Shown: positions 8,417 through 18,207, numbered from the stretch's first letter. The stretch: DNA of 64,000 bases from Clostridia bacterium (GCA_017403155.1 JAFQOP010000014.1:15270-79269); one strand, 5' to 3'. The notes: generated by a model from the letters alone, not told the origin. Numbers and translations: made by a program.

Positions 8417-9634
8417 GTGAAATCAATAAAGGATATTTATAAGATAGGTACAGGTCCGTCCAGCTCACACACAATGGGACCCGCAAAGGCTATGTCGATA
8501 TTCGCCTTGGAGAATCCCGATGCGGATAAATATGCCGTAACCCTTTTCGGCTCACTTTCGGATACGGGACGAGGCCACGGCACCGATATTGCAATAAGGG
8601 GTGCGTCGGGAGGCAAGGAGGTTGATATAACCTTCAATTCTGTTGACAGAGAAATTCCGCATGAGAATACAATGGATATTTTTGCCATAAAAAATGGCGA
8701 GATATGTAGCAAAATGCGTGTTATGAGCATAGGTGGCGGAGATATACGCATCGAGGGACGTGATGATAGCGGAGAGGATGAAATATATTCCGAGACAAGC
8801 TTTGCCGAAATTGCAGAATACTGCAAGCACGAGGGAATACGGCTCTCGGACTTCGTATTTATGCGCGAAGGCGAGGGTGTCAAAGCATTTCTGCTTGATG
8901 TTTGGGAGACAATGAAGGCGGCAATCCATCGCGGACTTACCACGTCGGGTATCCTCCCGGGCGGACTTGAGGTTGAGAGAAAGGCGCAGTATCTGTATAA
9001 TCGCAGACACATTGATGAGAGCCCCGTGACTCGGGAGAATAGGGTAGTGTGCTCTTATGCGTATGCTGTAAGCGAGGAAAATGCAGATAACGGAGTCATA
9101 GTAACGGCACCCACCTGCGGTGCGTGTGCTGTGCTTCCCTCTGTGCTTAAATACATGCAGGAGAAGCACGGATTTTCTGATATGCAGATTCTACGCGCTC
9201 TTGCCGTTGCGGGCCTTGTCGGCAATCTTGTTAAGACAAACGCGTCCATAAGCGGAGCAGAGTGTGGCTGTCAGGCGGAGATAGGAACTGCATGCTCCAT
9301 GGCATCCGCGGCACTTGGCGAGCTGTTTGAGATGGGGATAGATCAGATAGAATATGCTGCAGAAATTGCATTCGAGCATCATCTCGGTCTCACCTGTGAC
9401 CCGATTTGCGGATTGGTGCAGATACCCTGCATTGAGCGAAATGCGGTAGCGGCTATGCGCGCAATCAATGCAATGAGCCTTGCTAACTTCCTCTCAGGCT
9501 CTAGAAAAATATCGCTCGACCTTGTTATAAAAACGATGTATGAAACAGGCAAGGACCTCTCCCACCTTTACAGAGAAACCTCGGAGGGCGGACTTGCAAA
9601 GCTATATGAGAGGCATAATAATGGAAAAAGGTAA
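8417..9634 (+). CDS. sdaA: Fe-S-dependent L-serine ammonia-lyase, single-chain form
   Basis: IGTGPSSSHTMGP, TGRGHGTD, VTAPTCGAC, ISGAECGCQAEIG and EHHLGLTCDPICGLVQIPCIERN. Confidence 0.95.
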   Translation: MKSIKDIYKIGTGPSSSHTMGPAKAMSIFALENPDADKYAVTLFGSLSDTGRGHGTDIAIRGASGGKEVDITFNSVDREIPHENTMDIFAIKNGEICSKMRVMSIGGGDIRIEGRDDSGEDEIYSETSFAEIAEYCKHEGIRLSDFVFMREGEGVKAFLLDVWETMKAAIHRGLTTSGILPGGLEVERKAQYLYNRRHIDESPVTRENRVVCSYAYAVSEENADNGVIVTAPTCGACAVLPSVLKYMQEKHGFSDMQILRALAVAGLVGNLVKTNASISGAECGCQAEIGTACSMASAALGELFEMGIDQIEYAAEIAFEHHLGLTCDPICGLVQIPCIERNAVAAMRAINAMSLANFLSGSRKISLDLVIKTMYETGKDLSHLYRETSEGGLAKLYERHNNGKR

Positions 9635-9770
9635 AATCGACAGAATAAACGAGCTCGGCAGACTCTCGAAGCAAAGAGAGCTGAGTGAGGAAGAGAAAAA
9701 GGAACAAAAGGCGCTTCGCGAGGAGTATATCGCATACGTGAGAGCGCAGCTGAAGGGAGATAAAAAATGA
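9621..9770 (+). CDS. DUF896/UPF0291 (YnzC-like) small protein
   Basis: 49 aa, MEKGKIDRINELGRLSKQRELSEEEKKEQKALREEYI; overlaps the sdaA stop. Confidence 0.88.
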   Translation: MEKGKIDRINELGRLSKQRELSEEEKKEQKALREEYIAYVRAQLKGDKK

Positions 9771-10240
9771 GCTGTTCAATATGCAACAATAGTATAAACG
9801 AGGAAAGTGCGCCCATAATTGCAATGGGCGGGACAGGAAGAGCACGGTATATTTGCGACAGGTGTGCACAAGACGTAGAGTGTGCAACGTCGGGAAGGGA
9901 GCCCTCCGAAATTAAGAAAGCAATCCGTAGCCTCGCTGACAGAATGAGCGAGTTCGGTGTGGAGGATGAGCTTGTGATAGAATCGGTAAGCTCTATTCTT
10001 GAGGGCGCCGAGGAGCGCGCAAGACTTATCGAGGCTGGAGAGTATGACTTCCTTGCCGAGGATGAAGAGACGGAGGATGACGGTATTCCCGAGGAGCTTG
10101 CCGAGACCGAGGAGGACCGCGCACTTGACGAGGCAGAGCGTATAAAGAACAAAAAAATTGATAAGATATTTAACTGGATAACGGCAGGTATTTGTGCTCT
10201 CGCCGTCATCGGTGTAGCTCTTATTTATATCTTGAGATAA
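9767..10240 (+). CDS. Hypothetical protein: N-terminal C4 zinc finger, acidic linker, C-terminal TM helix
   Basis: CSIC...YICDRC; hydrophobic C-terminus; ATGA overlap with the upstream gene. Confidence 0.8.
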   Translation: MSCSICNNSINEESAPIIAMGGTGRARYICDRCAQDVECATSGREPSEIKKAIRSLADRMSEFGVEDELVIESVSSILEGAEERARLIEAGEYDFLAEDEETEDDGIPEELAETEEDRALDEAERIKNKKIDKIFNWITAGICALAVIGVALIYILR

Positions 10241-10326
10241 GCAGATAATTTCACACGGGTGACTGTTTAATGTTGTTTTTGCACAACGCAAAACATAACA
10301 ATTATTTACAAAACGAATATTAGAGC

Positions 10327-10361
10327 AGACCTCCGCATATTTTTGTTGCGGAGGTCTTTTT
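10327..10361 (+). terminator. Hairpin/terminator that also contains the RBS of the next gene
   Basis: AGACCTCCGCA / TGCGGAGGTCT perfect 11-bp stem plus a T run; GGAGG at 10350-10354 lies in the 3' arm. Confidence 0.7.
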
Positions 10362-11633
10362 ATGAGTATACAGTCTTTTCTTCCGCCTGTTATCATAGCC
10401 TGCGGCTCATATATGCTGATAAGGCTTCGTTTTTTCACTTTTCTTTCACCCCACCGCGTGCTGGGACGGTGCAGACGCACGCTCTCTTCAAAAAAAGCGA
10501 GGTCAAATCTTGCCCTCGCTCTTGCCGGCACACTCGGCGTCGGTAACATTGTCGGTGTCGCAGTGGGTATTTCAGTCGGGGGAAGCGGCGCACTTTTCTG
10601 GATACTTATATCCTCAGTTTTTTCATCGGTACTTAAATATTCGGAGGCAACACTGTCGTCCTATTGCGGCAATTGCGGCTATGGCTTTATGCCTGTGCTG
10701 GAGCATTTCTTTCCACGGCGCGGCCGCATGCTCGGAAGACTGTACGCTATGTGTTGCCTTTTGCTTTCCTTTGTGCTTGGGGCCGCCCTGCAGTCTTCTG
10801 CGGTCTTTGGTGTTAGCGGACTAGAGGAGCAACACGCACTTCTTGTGTGGTGCGCTATGTCGCTCTCAGCTATGCTTATCGTTGCTAGAGGCGGGGAGAT
10901 AATCAGACGCTTTACACTCCGAGTCGTACCGTTAGCCACGCTTGCTTACGTTCTTCTCTGTCTTTTCGTCATCTTGAGAAATATAGCAGATGTTCCCACT
11001 GTCCTTGCTCGCGTTATTTCCTCTGCCTTTACCGTTGACGGTGGTGCCGGTGGAGCTGTCGGTGCTATAACCTCAAAGGCTGTTGGTGAGGGCTTTTCTC
11101 GAGGTCTTTTGTCTAACGAAGCGGGCGCGGGCACATCCTCTCTTGCTACCTCAGACGGTGTAGAGCACCCAACCGATGCGGGAATACTCGGGCTGCTTGA
11201 GGTAGTGTTTGACACAGTTCTTTTATGTACCCTTACAGGGCTTGCCGTTCTTGTATGTATACCTGATCCTACGGTGTATATCTCGGGAGCGCAGCTTGTG
11301 CGCGAGAGCATCGGGGCAGAGCTGGGTGCATTTTCATCCGTATTGGTTACCTGCCTAATATTTGTTTTTGCCTTTTCCACGGTCGTGTGCTGGTATTATT
11401 ACGGCATAAGATGCCTCAGCTACCTTACAAAGCGCTTTGTCGGCATATATACGGCAGCCTTCCTCGGGTGTGTTGCATTTTTGCCGGTTGTAGGAGAGTC
11501 TGTTCTATTTTGTGTATCCGACGTTCTTTTGCTTATACTGACTCTTTTAACTGTTACGTGTATAATAAAAGGCTCCGACAAGATCAGGACCTTGTCGGAG
11601 CTTTCCGGGCTTTTTCCCTTTACTCGGCGTTGA
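10362..11633 (+). CDS. Alanine/glycine:cation symporter (AGCS) family protein
   Basis: ALAGTLGVGNIVGVA, GGSGALFW, KYSE, RGLLSNEAGAG, EVVFDTVLLCTLTG and FAFST motifs. Confidence 0.9.
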   Translation: MSIQSFLPPVIIACGSYMLIRLRFFTFLSPHRVLGRCRRTLSSKKARSNLALALAGTLGVGNIVGVAVGISVGGSGALFWILISSVFSSVLKYSEATLSSYCGNCGYGFMPVLEHFFPRRGRMLGRLYAMCCLLLSFVLGAALQSSAVFGVSGLEEQHALLVWCAMSLSAMLIVARGGEIIRRFTLRVVPLATLAYVLLCLFVILRNIADVPTVLARVISSAFTVDGGAGGAVGAITSKAVGEGFSRGLLSNEAGAGTSSLATSDGVEHPTDAGILGLLEVVFDTVLLCTLTGLAVLVCIPDPTVYISGAQLVRESIGAELGAFSSVLVTCLIFVFAFSTVVCWYYYGIRCLSYLTKRFVGIYTAAFLGCVAFLPVVGESVLFCVSDVLLLILTLLTVTCIIKGSDKIRTLSELSGLFPFTRR

Positions 11634-12321
11634 TTCCGAGTGATGCTTTTTTCGATTCCTCCGAGATAATAGAGAGAGGGTCGATTTTTGTTCCGTTCTG
11701 TATTACCTCAAAGTGCAGGTGCGCCTCGTCTGCCATTTCATACACCGCGCTGTCACCTACGGTTGCGATTCTGTCGCCACACTCCACCTTGTCTCCAACA
11801 GCAACGACAGGCTCGGACTCCGAGCAGAGATTTGAGTAAACAGAAACAGTTCCGTCACCGTGATCTATTTTAACGGTGTAGCCGTATCTTGGATCGTTGC
11901 AGATCTCGCTGACAGTGCCGTCGGCAGCCGCAAATACGGGAGCCGCCTCCTCTGTTAAGATATCAATTCCCGCGTGCACTCGCCATTCCTCGAGGGTAGG
12001 GGAGAATACGGGAACAGTAAGACTGAACTCTGTTGCGACAGTTCCGCTTACGGGAGAGATGAGCTGGAGCTTTTCGGGCTTTGGCTCGCTCGGGGTGTCG
12101 TCTGCGGGCGGAGTGTTGTTATTTGTTCCGTCCTGAGTTCCGCCATTCGAATCGGACCCTCCCTCATCGGCAGGGGGCGTGTCGGGCAGATTGCCCGTAT
12201 CACGGTTGTTTGCAGCTACGATGCCGATAATTATTGCCGTGATACACAGCACAGCGATAACAATACCGTAAACGATCTTTGCGAGGCGTGGGTTCTCGCT
12301 GAATTTGATTTTCTTTTCCAT
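11620..12321 (-). CDS. Membrane-anchored M23/LytM peptidase, SpoIIQ-like
   Basis: N-terminal TM, P/D/G/N-rich linker, VFSPTLEEWRVHAGIDI and HLHFEV; start at 12321 after GAAAGGA; sigma-F-like promoter upstream. Confidence 0.85.
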   Translation of the reverse strand: MEKKIKFSENPRLAKIVYGIVIAVLCITAIIIGIVAANNRDTGNLPDTPPADEGGSDSNGGTQDGTNNNTPPADDTPSEPKPEKLQLISPVSGTVATEFSLTVPVFSPTLEEWRVHAGIDILTEEAAPVFAAADGTVSEICNDPRYGYTVKIDHGDGTVSVYSNLCSESEPVVAVGDKVECGDRIATVGDSAVYEMADEAHLHFEVIQNGTKIDPLSIISEESKKASLGINAE

Positions 12322-12351
12322 TTTGCATCCTTTCATGAAAGTTGTACAACG

Positions 12352-12381
12352 TTATTCTGCCAAATGCTTGTAAAAATATTC
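12352..12381 (-). promoter_or_regulatory. sigma-F-type forespore promoter
   Basis: Minus strand GAATA-N15-GGCAGAATAA, about 30 nt upstream of the SpoIIQ-like gene. Confidence 0.6.
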
Positions 12382-12429
12382 ACGGCAAGGAATTTATTTG
12401 TTTGTTGCAAACAAAAAAGCGAAAAGATA

Positions 12430-12459
12430 TTGACACGGTGGACCAAAATATATTATAAT
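12430..12459 (+). promoter_or_regulatory. sigma-A promoter for the cmk-argS operon
   Basis: TTGACA-N18-TATAAT. Confidence 0.65.
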
Positions 12460-12520
12460 ATTATGAATGCGCATACACGGGCGTATGCTTGTAAGTAATA
12501 TAATATTTTGGAGATATGAC

Positions 12521-13342
12521 ATGTACGAGAAAATTTCACTCGCAGGTGACCTCGGTAGCGGAAAGAGCACTGTTTCGAGCATTCTTATCGAGCAGCTCGG
12601 CGCCGAGTATTACTCAACGGGCGCAATAGTGCGCTCCGTTGCCGAAAAGATGGGGATGAGCGTAGTTGAGCTCAACGTATATATGGAAACACACCCCGAG
12701 ATAGACACGGAGATAGATAACAGGCTTATCGAGCTCGGTGATGAGGACAAGCCCCTTATAATTGATTCGAGAATGGCGTGGCACTTTACCAAGGGCACCT
12801 TCAAGGTTTATCTCACCGTTGATCTCGAAACCTCCGCGCTGAGAATTATGAATGCCAATCGAAAGGGCGAGCATGCGCACACCCTTGCCGAGACTATCGC
12901 AGATACCAGAGGCAGACGCGAGAGCGAAAAGAAGAGATATATGACACAGTATGGTGTGGACATAAAGGATTTGACGAATTACGCACTCGTCGTTGACACG
13001 ACCGAGGCAACCCCAATCGAGGTTGCAAATTGCATCGTTTCCTCGTTTAATGAGTGGCAGGCAAACAGGGATTTCTGCCGTGCGTATCTTTCCTCGGCTC
13101 GTCTTTCCTTCCCTGACGATGCCGCCGACAGCGAGCTTGTTGAGGAGTATGCGGGCAGGCTTGAGCTGGGAGAGGAGCTCCCCGAGATAGCCGTGGTAGA
13201 GTCGGACGGAGAGTTCTACATATATTCGGGAGCAGAATCTGCTCTTGCATATAGCTTCTGTGGCAGCACGTTCGTTCCTTGCAGGATAATCAAGGCGGAC
13301 ATATCGGGCAGAAGCTTCGTAAAAATGAAAAACAGTCTGTAA
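12521..13342 (+). CDS. cmk: Cytidylate kinase (type 2/archaeal-like) with an extra C-terminal domain
   Basis: ISLAGDLGSGKSTV P-loop, STGAIVR, IIDSRMAW and ESEKKRY...YGVD; about 90 extra C-terminal residues; ATG 12521 after GGAG. Confidence 0.8.
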   Translation: MYEKISLAGDLGSGKSTVSSILIEQLGAEYYSTGAIVRSVAEKMGMSVVELNVYMETHPEIDTEIDNRLIELGDEDKPLIIDSRMAWHFTKGTFKVYLTVDLETSALRIMNANRKGEHAHTLAETIADTRGRRESEKKRYMTQYGVDIKDLTNYALVVDTTEATPIEVANCIVSSFNEWQANRDFCRAYLSSARLSFPDDAADSELVEEYAGRLELGEELPEIAVVESDGEFYIYSGAESALAYSFCGSTFVPCRIIKADISGRSFVKMKNSL

Positions 13343-13353
13343 GGAGAAATAAA

Positions 13354-15123
13354 ATGCTTGTTTTAAAAAAGAAGATTGCAGCACTTCTCGAATCGGCGGT
13401 TGCCGAGAAATTCGGGCAGGGTCTGCTTACAAAGGAAGAAATCATGGGAATGCTTGAGTATCCGCCCGATAAGGAGATGGGTGACCTTGCTCTCCCTTGC
13501 TTTAAGCTTTCAAAGACACTTCGTCGCTCGCCGATGGACATTGCCAAAACTCTAGGCGAGGCGCTTGTCTGTGACGAGCTTTCCTCCGTCGACGTTGTTG
13601 CAGGATACCTCAACCTCAAGCTCAATGCGAATGTATTTGCCGCTCGCGTGCTTCGGGAGATTGCCGAAAAGGGAAATAAGTACGGCTCCTCAGGAGAAGG
13701 CAAGGGAAAGACCGTCGTTCTTGACTATTCCTCGCCAAACGTTGCCAAGCCCTTCCATATAGGTCACCTCGGCACAACGGTAATAGGCCACTCGCTCAAG
13801 CTCATGCATGAGTTTGCGGGCTACAATTGTGTCGGTATTAATTATCTCGGTGACTGGGGCACCCAGTTCGGTAAGCTGATCGTAGCTTACAAAAAGTGGG
13901 GCAGTAAGGAAAAGGTAGAAGAGGGCGGAGTTGATGAGCTTGTCGCTCTCTACGTTAAGATCAATAACGCAATCAAGGACGAGGAGGACGAGAGCGTAAA
14001 AGGACTCTCCGAGGAGGAGGCAGCCCGTGCCAGACACTCGGAGCTCGCAGACCTCTCGCGCGCCGAATTTGCAAAGCTCGAGCAGGGAGACGAGGAAAAT
14101 CTTGCGCTCTGGCGTTGGTTCGTTTCGGTGAGCCTCGTTGAGTATGAAAAGACGTATAAGCAGCTGGGGATAACCTTCGACAGCTACAAGGGCGAGTCCT
14201 TCTACACCGATAAGATGCCTGCTCAGGTAGAGAAGCTGCGCGAGATGGGCTTGCTTGAAATAGATGACGGTGCATCTATCGTAAACCTTGATAAATGGGG
14301 AATGCCCGTATGCCTGATCTTGAAGCGCGACGGCTCCACCCTCTATCCCACCCGTGATATTGCCGCAGCGGTCTACCGCAAGGGTGAATACAACTTTGAC
14401 AAGGCGATATACGTAACAAGCGCAGCTCAGTCGCTTCACTTTGCGCAGTGGTTTAAGGTTGTCGAGCTGATGGGCTATGATTGGTACGACAAGCTCGTCC
14501 ACGTCCCCTATGGCACGGTAAGCATAAACGGCGCCAAGCTCGCAACCCGAACGGGCAACGTAATTCTGCTGAAGGATCTCTTTGCCGAGGCTATATCGAG
14601 AGTCTATGACATAGCTAAAGAAAAGAATCCGAACGAGGAGGATTGCCGCAGAATTGCCGAGCAGGTCGGCGTTGGCGCAATCGTATTCCATTATCTTTCC
14701 AACAATAGAATGAGGGATATAAACTTCGTTATGGAGGATGCGCTTTCCTTCGACGGAAATACGGGTCCCTACGCACAGTATACCTATGCGCGCACCTGCT
14801 CCGTTCTTGAGAAGATCAAGGAGAGCGATAGCTTCGACCTTTCCGGCATTGAGCTCTGCTCAGAGGAGCACGAGCTTGTAAAGGCGCTTGCCGTATTCCC
14901 CGAGAAGATTGCAAACGCACTCTCTGATTATGAGCCCAGCGTGATAACCAGATATATCCTAGATCTATGCGCGGCATTCAACCGCTTCTACCACGATTGC
15001 AAGATTGCAAGCTGCGAGGAGAGCTCAAGAAGGGCATTCAGAGTTGCGTTAACCGCAGCAACGAAGGATGTGCTTGGCACAGCCCTTCACCTTATTTGCA
15101 TAGCAACACCCGAAAAAATATAA
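13354..15123 (+). CDS. argS: Arginine--tRNA ligase
   Basis: DYSSPNVAKPFHIGHL, NYLGDWGTQFG, KLATRTG, FDGNTGPYAQY and FNRFY; ATG 13354 after AAGGAG. Confidence 0.97.
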   Translation: MLVLKKKIAALLESAVAEKFGQGLLTKEEIMGMLEYPPDKEMGDLALPCFKLSKTLRRSPMDIAKTLGEALVCDELSSVDVVAGYLNLKLNANVFAARVLREIAEKGNKYGSSGEGKGKTVVLDYSSPNVAKPFHIGHLGTTVIGHSLKLMHEFAGYNCVGINYLGDWGTQFGKLIVAYKKWGSKEKVEEGGVDELVALYVKINNAIKDEEDESVKGLSEEEAARARHSELADLSRAEFAKLEQGDEENLALWRWFVSVSLVEYEKTYKQLGITFDSYKGESFYTDKMPAQVEKLREMGLLEIDDGASIVNLDKWGMPVCLILKRDGSTLYPTRDIAAAVYRKGEYNFDKAIYVTSAAQSLHFAQWFKVVELMGYDWYDKLVHVPYGTVSINGAKLATRTGNVILLKDLFAEAISRVYDIAKEKNPNEEDCRRIAEQVGVGAIVFHYLSNNRMRDINFVMEDALSFDGNTGPYAQYTYARTCSVLEKIKESDSFDLSGIELCSEEHELVKALAVFPEKIANALSDYEPSVITRYILDLCAAFNRFYHDCKIASCEESSRRAFRVALTAATKDVLGTALHLICIATPEKI

Positions 15124-15152
15124 ACTAATAAATGAAACAGAGGTAATATAAA

Positions 15153-15878
15153 ATGTCAGGACATTCTAAATGGAATAATATCAAGCACAAAAAGGAAAAG
15201 TCGGATGCCGCAAAGGCGAAAATCTTTACCAAAATCGGTAAGGAGATGGCAGTTGCCATCAAGGCAGGAGGACCCGACCCTCAGAACAACGCAAAGCTGC
15301 GCGACCTCATCGCAAAGGCAAAGGCAAACAACGTTCCCAACGATAACATCCAGCGCACTATAAAGAAGTTCACCGACAACAGCGACATCAACTACGAGGA
15401 GATAACCTATGAGGGCTACGGTCCCTCGGGCGTTGCCGTAATAGTCGAGGCCTCCACCGACAACCGCAACCGTACCGCAGGTAACGTGCGCGCTTGGTTT
15501 AACAAGTACGGCGGAAATATGGGACAGAACGGATGCGTTGCATACCTCTTTGAGGAGAAGGGCGTCATCACCATCATCGACGAGGATGAGGAGATTGACG
15601 AGGACAAAATCATGGAGGATGCGCTCGAGGCAGGTGCCGAGGATATCAAGTGCGACGAGGGTGAGTATACTATCTACACCGAGTCGGATGACCTTGATGC
15701 CGTCAGAGATGCCATCATAGCTCTTGGATACAAGATTGATACTGCCGACCTGGCAAAGGTCCCCTCTACCTACGTTACTCTTGAATCGGAGGATGATATC
15801 GAGAATATGCAGAAGATGCTCGATAAGTTCAACGAGGACGACGACGTAAATGCCGTTTTCACAAACTGGGACAACTGA
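15153..15878 (+). CDS. yebC: YebC/PmpR family protein
   Basis: MSGHSKWNNIKHKK, YEGYGPSGVA and TDNRNRT. Confidence 0.96.
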   Translation: MSGHSKWNNIKHKKEKSDAAKAKIFTKIGKEMAVAIKAGGPDPQNNAKLRDLIAKAKANNVPNDNIQRTIKKFTDNSDINYEEITYEGYGPSGVAVIVEASTDNRNRTAGNVRAWFNKYGGNMGQNGCVAYLFEEKGVITIIDEDEEIDEDKIMEDALEAGAEDIKCDEGEYTIYTESDDLDAVRDAIIALGYKIDTADLAKVPSTYVTLESEDDIENMQKMLDKFNEDDDVNAVFTNWDN

Positions 15879-15885
15879 TTATACG

Positions 15886-16227
15886 ATGCTGGAGAAGGTA
15901 AAAAAGACGAGAATTCTTCTCGCGTCGCTTGCTGCGGCAGTGCTTGTTATTGCAATTGCGCTTACCGCGGTATCTCTTTTTCTGACCCTGCGCGAGAGCT
16001 ATACGGCACTTTGGTATATCGTACCCATATCAGTCGTATGTTATTACGGCGCTCTCGTGCTCGGCTTTCTTGCAGTGGATAGGTCGGGCGCCATTCGACT
16101 TCTTGCAGCGGTGCAAGGGCTTGGTGGCACAACCGATGTGCAAGCCCTTGCTCTCGAGATGGGATGGAAGCAGAAGGCAGTAGAGAAGCTACTAAAAAAA
16201 TGCAAAAGATGGGATTATATCGACTGA
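15886..16227 (+). CDS. Hypothetical membrane protein (2 TM plus short C-terminal helix-turn-helix-like tail)
   Basis: Fills the yebC-uvrB gap on the same strand; two hydrophobic segments; tail DVQALALEMGWKQKAVEKLL...YI. Confidence 0.7.
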   Translation: MLEKVKKTRILLASLAAAVLVIAIALTAVSLFLTLRESYTALWYIVPISVVCYYGALVLGFLAVDRSGAIRLLAAVQGLGGTTDVQALALEMGWKQKAVEKLLKKCKRWDYID

Positions 16228-16248
16228 TATAGCCCGAAAGGAGTACCT

Positions 16249-18207
16249 ATGGAGGGCACGTTTAAGCTGAAAAGTGAATACAGTCCGACGGGCGACCAGC
16301 CCGAGGCTATCCGCGCGCTCACCGATGGTATTCTCGCAGGCGAGCGGGCGCAGACCCTACTGGGTGTAACCGGCTCGGGCAAGACCTTTACTATGGCAAA
16401 CGTTATAGCAAGGCTTAACCGACCGACCCTCGTCCTGGCACACAACAAAACGCTTGCCGCACAGCTGTGCACTGAGTTTCGTTCATTTTTTCCTGAAAAT
16501 GCGGTAGAGTATTTTGTTTCATACTACGATTATTATCAGCCCGAGGCATATATCCCGGGTAAGGATATGTATATTGAAAAGGACGCGATGATAAACGAAG
16601 AGATAGATATGCTCCGTCACAGCGCCACCAGCGCTCTTTTTGAGCGTAGGGACGTTATCATCGTAGCCTCCGTTTCATGCATCTATTCTCTCGGTGACCC
16701 GAGGGAGTACCAGGACCTGCTCGTTTCGGTCAGACCGGGGCAGCAGATGTCGCGTGAGGACTTGATAAGAGCTCTTGTTTCTATAAGCTATGAGCGAAAC
16801 GATATGAATTTTATCCGTAATAAGTTCAGAGTGCGCGGAGACGTTGTTGAGGTCTTTCCCGCCTCAAGCACGGATAAGGCGCTCCGCATTGAATTTTTTG
16901 GAGATGAGGTCGACAGAGTGTCGCGCATCAATCCCCTAACGGGAGAGGTGCTTGAGCATCTGTCCTACGTTGCCATCTTTCCCGCAACACACTATGCTGT
17001 TTCCGATGACAAGCGAGAGCTCGCACTGCAGGAAATAGAGCGCGAAATGCTGGAAAGGGTTAAATTCTTTGAGTCGCAGAATAAGCTGATAGAGGCACAG
17101 CGCATAAAGGAGAGAACGAGATATGACCTCGAGATGCTTCGCGAGGTTGGCTTCTGCTCGGGTGTCGAGAACTATTCCAGGGTTCTTGCAGGCAGACCCG
17201 AGGGATCTACTCCATACACACTCCTTGACTATTTTCCCGACGACTTCATTATGTTTATTGATGAGTCTCACGTAACCCTGCCGCAGGTTCGCGGTATGAG
17301 CGGCGGTGACTTCGCCAGAAAGAAAAATCTGGTTGAGTACGGCTTCCGTCTGCCCTCCGCATTTGACAACCGTCCTCTCTTCTTTGAGGAGTTTGACGAG
17401 AAGATAAGGCAGGTAGTTTACGTCAGTGCAACCCCCGGAGAGTATGAGCGCGGTGAGAGCTCGGGAGTGGTAGAGCAACTTATCCGTCCCACGGGTCTTA
17501 TCGACCCCGAGGTAATAGTTCGCCCCGTAAAGGGACAGGTCGACGACCTCATAGGTGAGATAAGAGAAACCGTTGAGCGCGGAGAAAAGGTGCTCGTAAC
17601 AACAATGACGACAAAGATGGCAGAGGACCTTACGGAGTACCTCGCCACACACAACATAAAGGTCAAATATATTCACCATAGAATTGAGACGATTGAACGA
17701 ATGGAGATAATTCGCGATTTGCGTCTCGGTGAATTCGACGTCCTGGTAGGCATAAACCTCTTGAGGGAGGGACTCGATATACCCGAGGTATCTCTTGTAG
17801 CTATACTCGATGCGGACAAGGAAGGATTCCTCCGTAGTGAGACCTCACTTATTCAGACCATAGGACGTGCGGCTAGAAACGTCAACGGCCATGTAATCAT
17901 GTATGCCGATAAGATAACAGGCTCCATGCGTGCCGCAATCGACGAGACAAACCGTCGACGTGAAATTCAAAAGAAATACAACGAAGAGCACGGAATCACC
18001 CCCGAGAGCGTGCGCAAGAAGGTTGCCGACGTCATCGAAATAGGTAAGAAGGCAAAGCCTGAGGAGAAAAAGAAGATGACAAAGCTCGAGAGAGAGCGAA
18101 TGATCGAAACCCTCACCGCCGAGATGAAGGAGGCAGCACGCACCCTCGAGTTTGAAAAGGCGGCATATCTGCGCGATAAGATTCGAGAGCTCAAAAATGT
18201 AAAGTAA
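16249..18207 (+). CDS. uvrB: Excinuclease ABC subunit B
   Basis: [40 protein letters not shown] and C-terminal UVR domain. Confidence 0.98.
   Translation: MEGTFKLKSEYSPTGDQPEAIRALTDGILAGERAQTLLGVTGSGKTFTMANVIARLNRPTLVLAHNKTLAAQLCTEFRSFFPENAVEYFVSYYDYYQPEAYIPGKDMYIEKDAMINEEIDMLRHSATSALFERRDVIIVASVSCIYSLGDPREYQDLLVSVRPGQQMSREDLIRALVSISYERNDMNFIRNKFRVRGDVVEVFPASSTDKALRIEFFGDEVDRVSRINPLTGEVLEHLSYVAIFPATHYAVSDDKRELALQEIEREMLERVKFFESQNKLIEAQRIKERTRYDLEMLREVGFCSGVENYSRVLAGRPEGSTPYTLLDYFPDDFIMFIDESHVTLPQVRGMSGGDFARKKNLVEYGFRLPSAFDNRPLFFEEFDEKIRQVVYVSATPGEYERGESSGVVEQLIRPTGLIDPEVIVRPVKGQVDDLIGEIRETVERGEKVLVTTMTTKMAEDLTEYLATHNIKVKYIHHRIETIERMEIIRDLRLGEFDVLVGINLLREGLDIPEVSLVAILDADKEGFLRSETSLIQTIGRAARNVNGHVIMYADKITGSMRAAIDETNRRREIQKKYNEEHGITPESVRKKVADVIEIGKKAKPEEKKKMTKLERERMIETLTAEMKEAARTLEFEKAAYLRDKIRELKNVK

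Noticed and set aside
12470-12488. GCATAC-ACGGGC-GTATGC hairpin in the cmk-argS leader
   Set aside because: Too short for a T-box or riboswitch; no T-box motif seen before argS.
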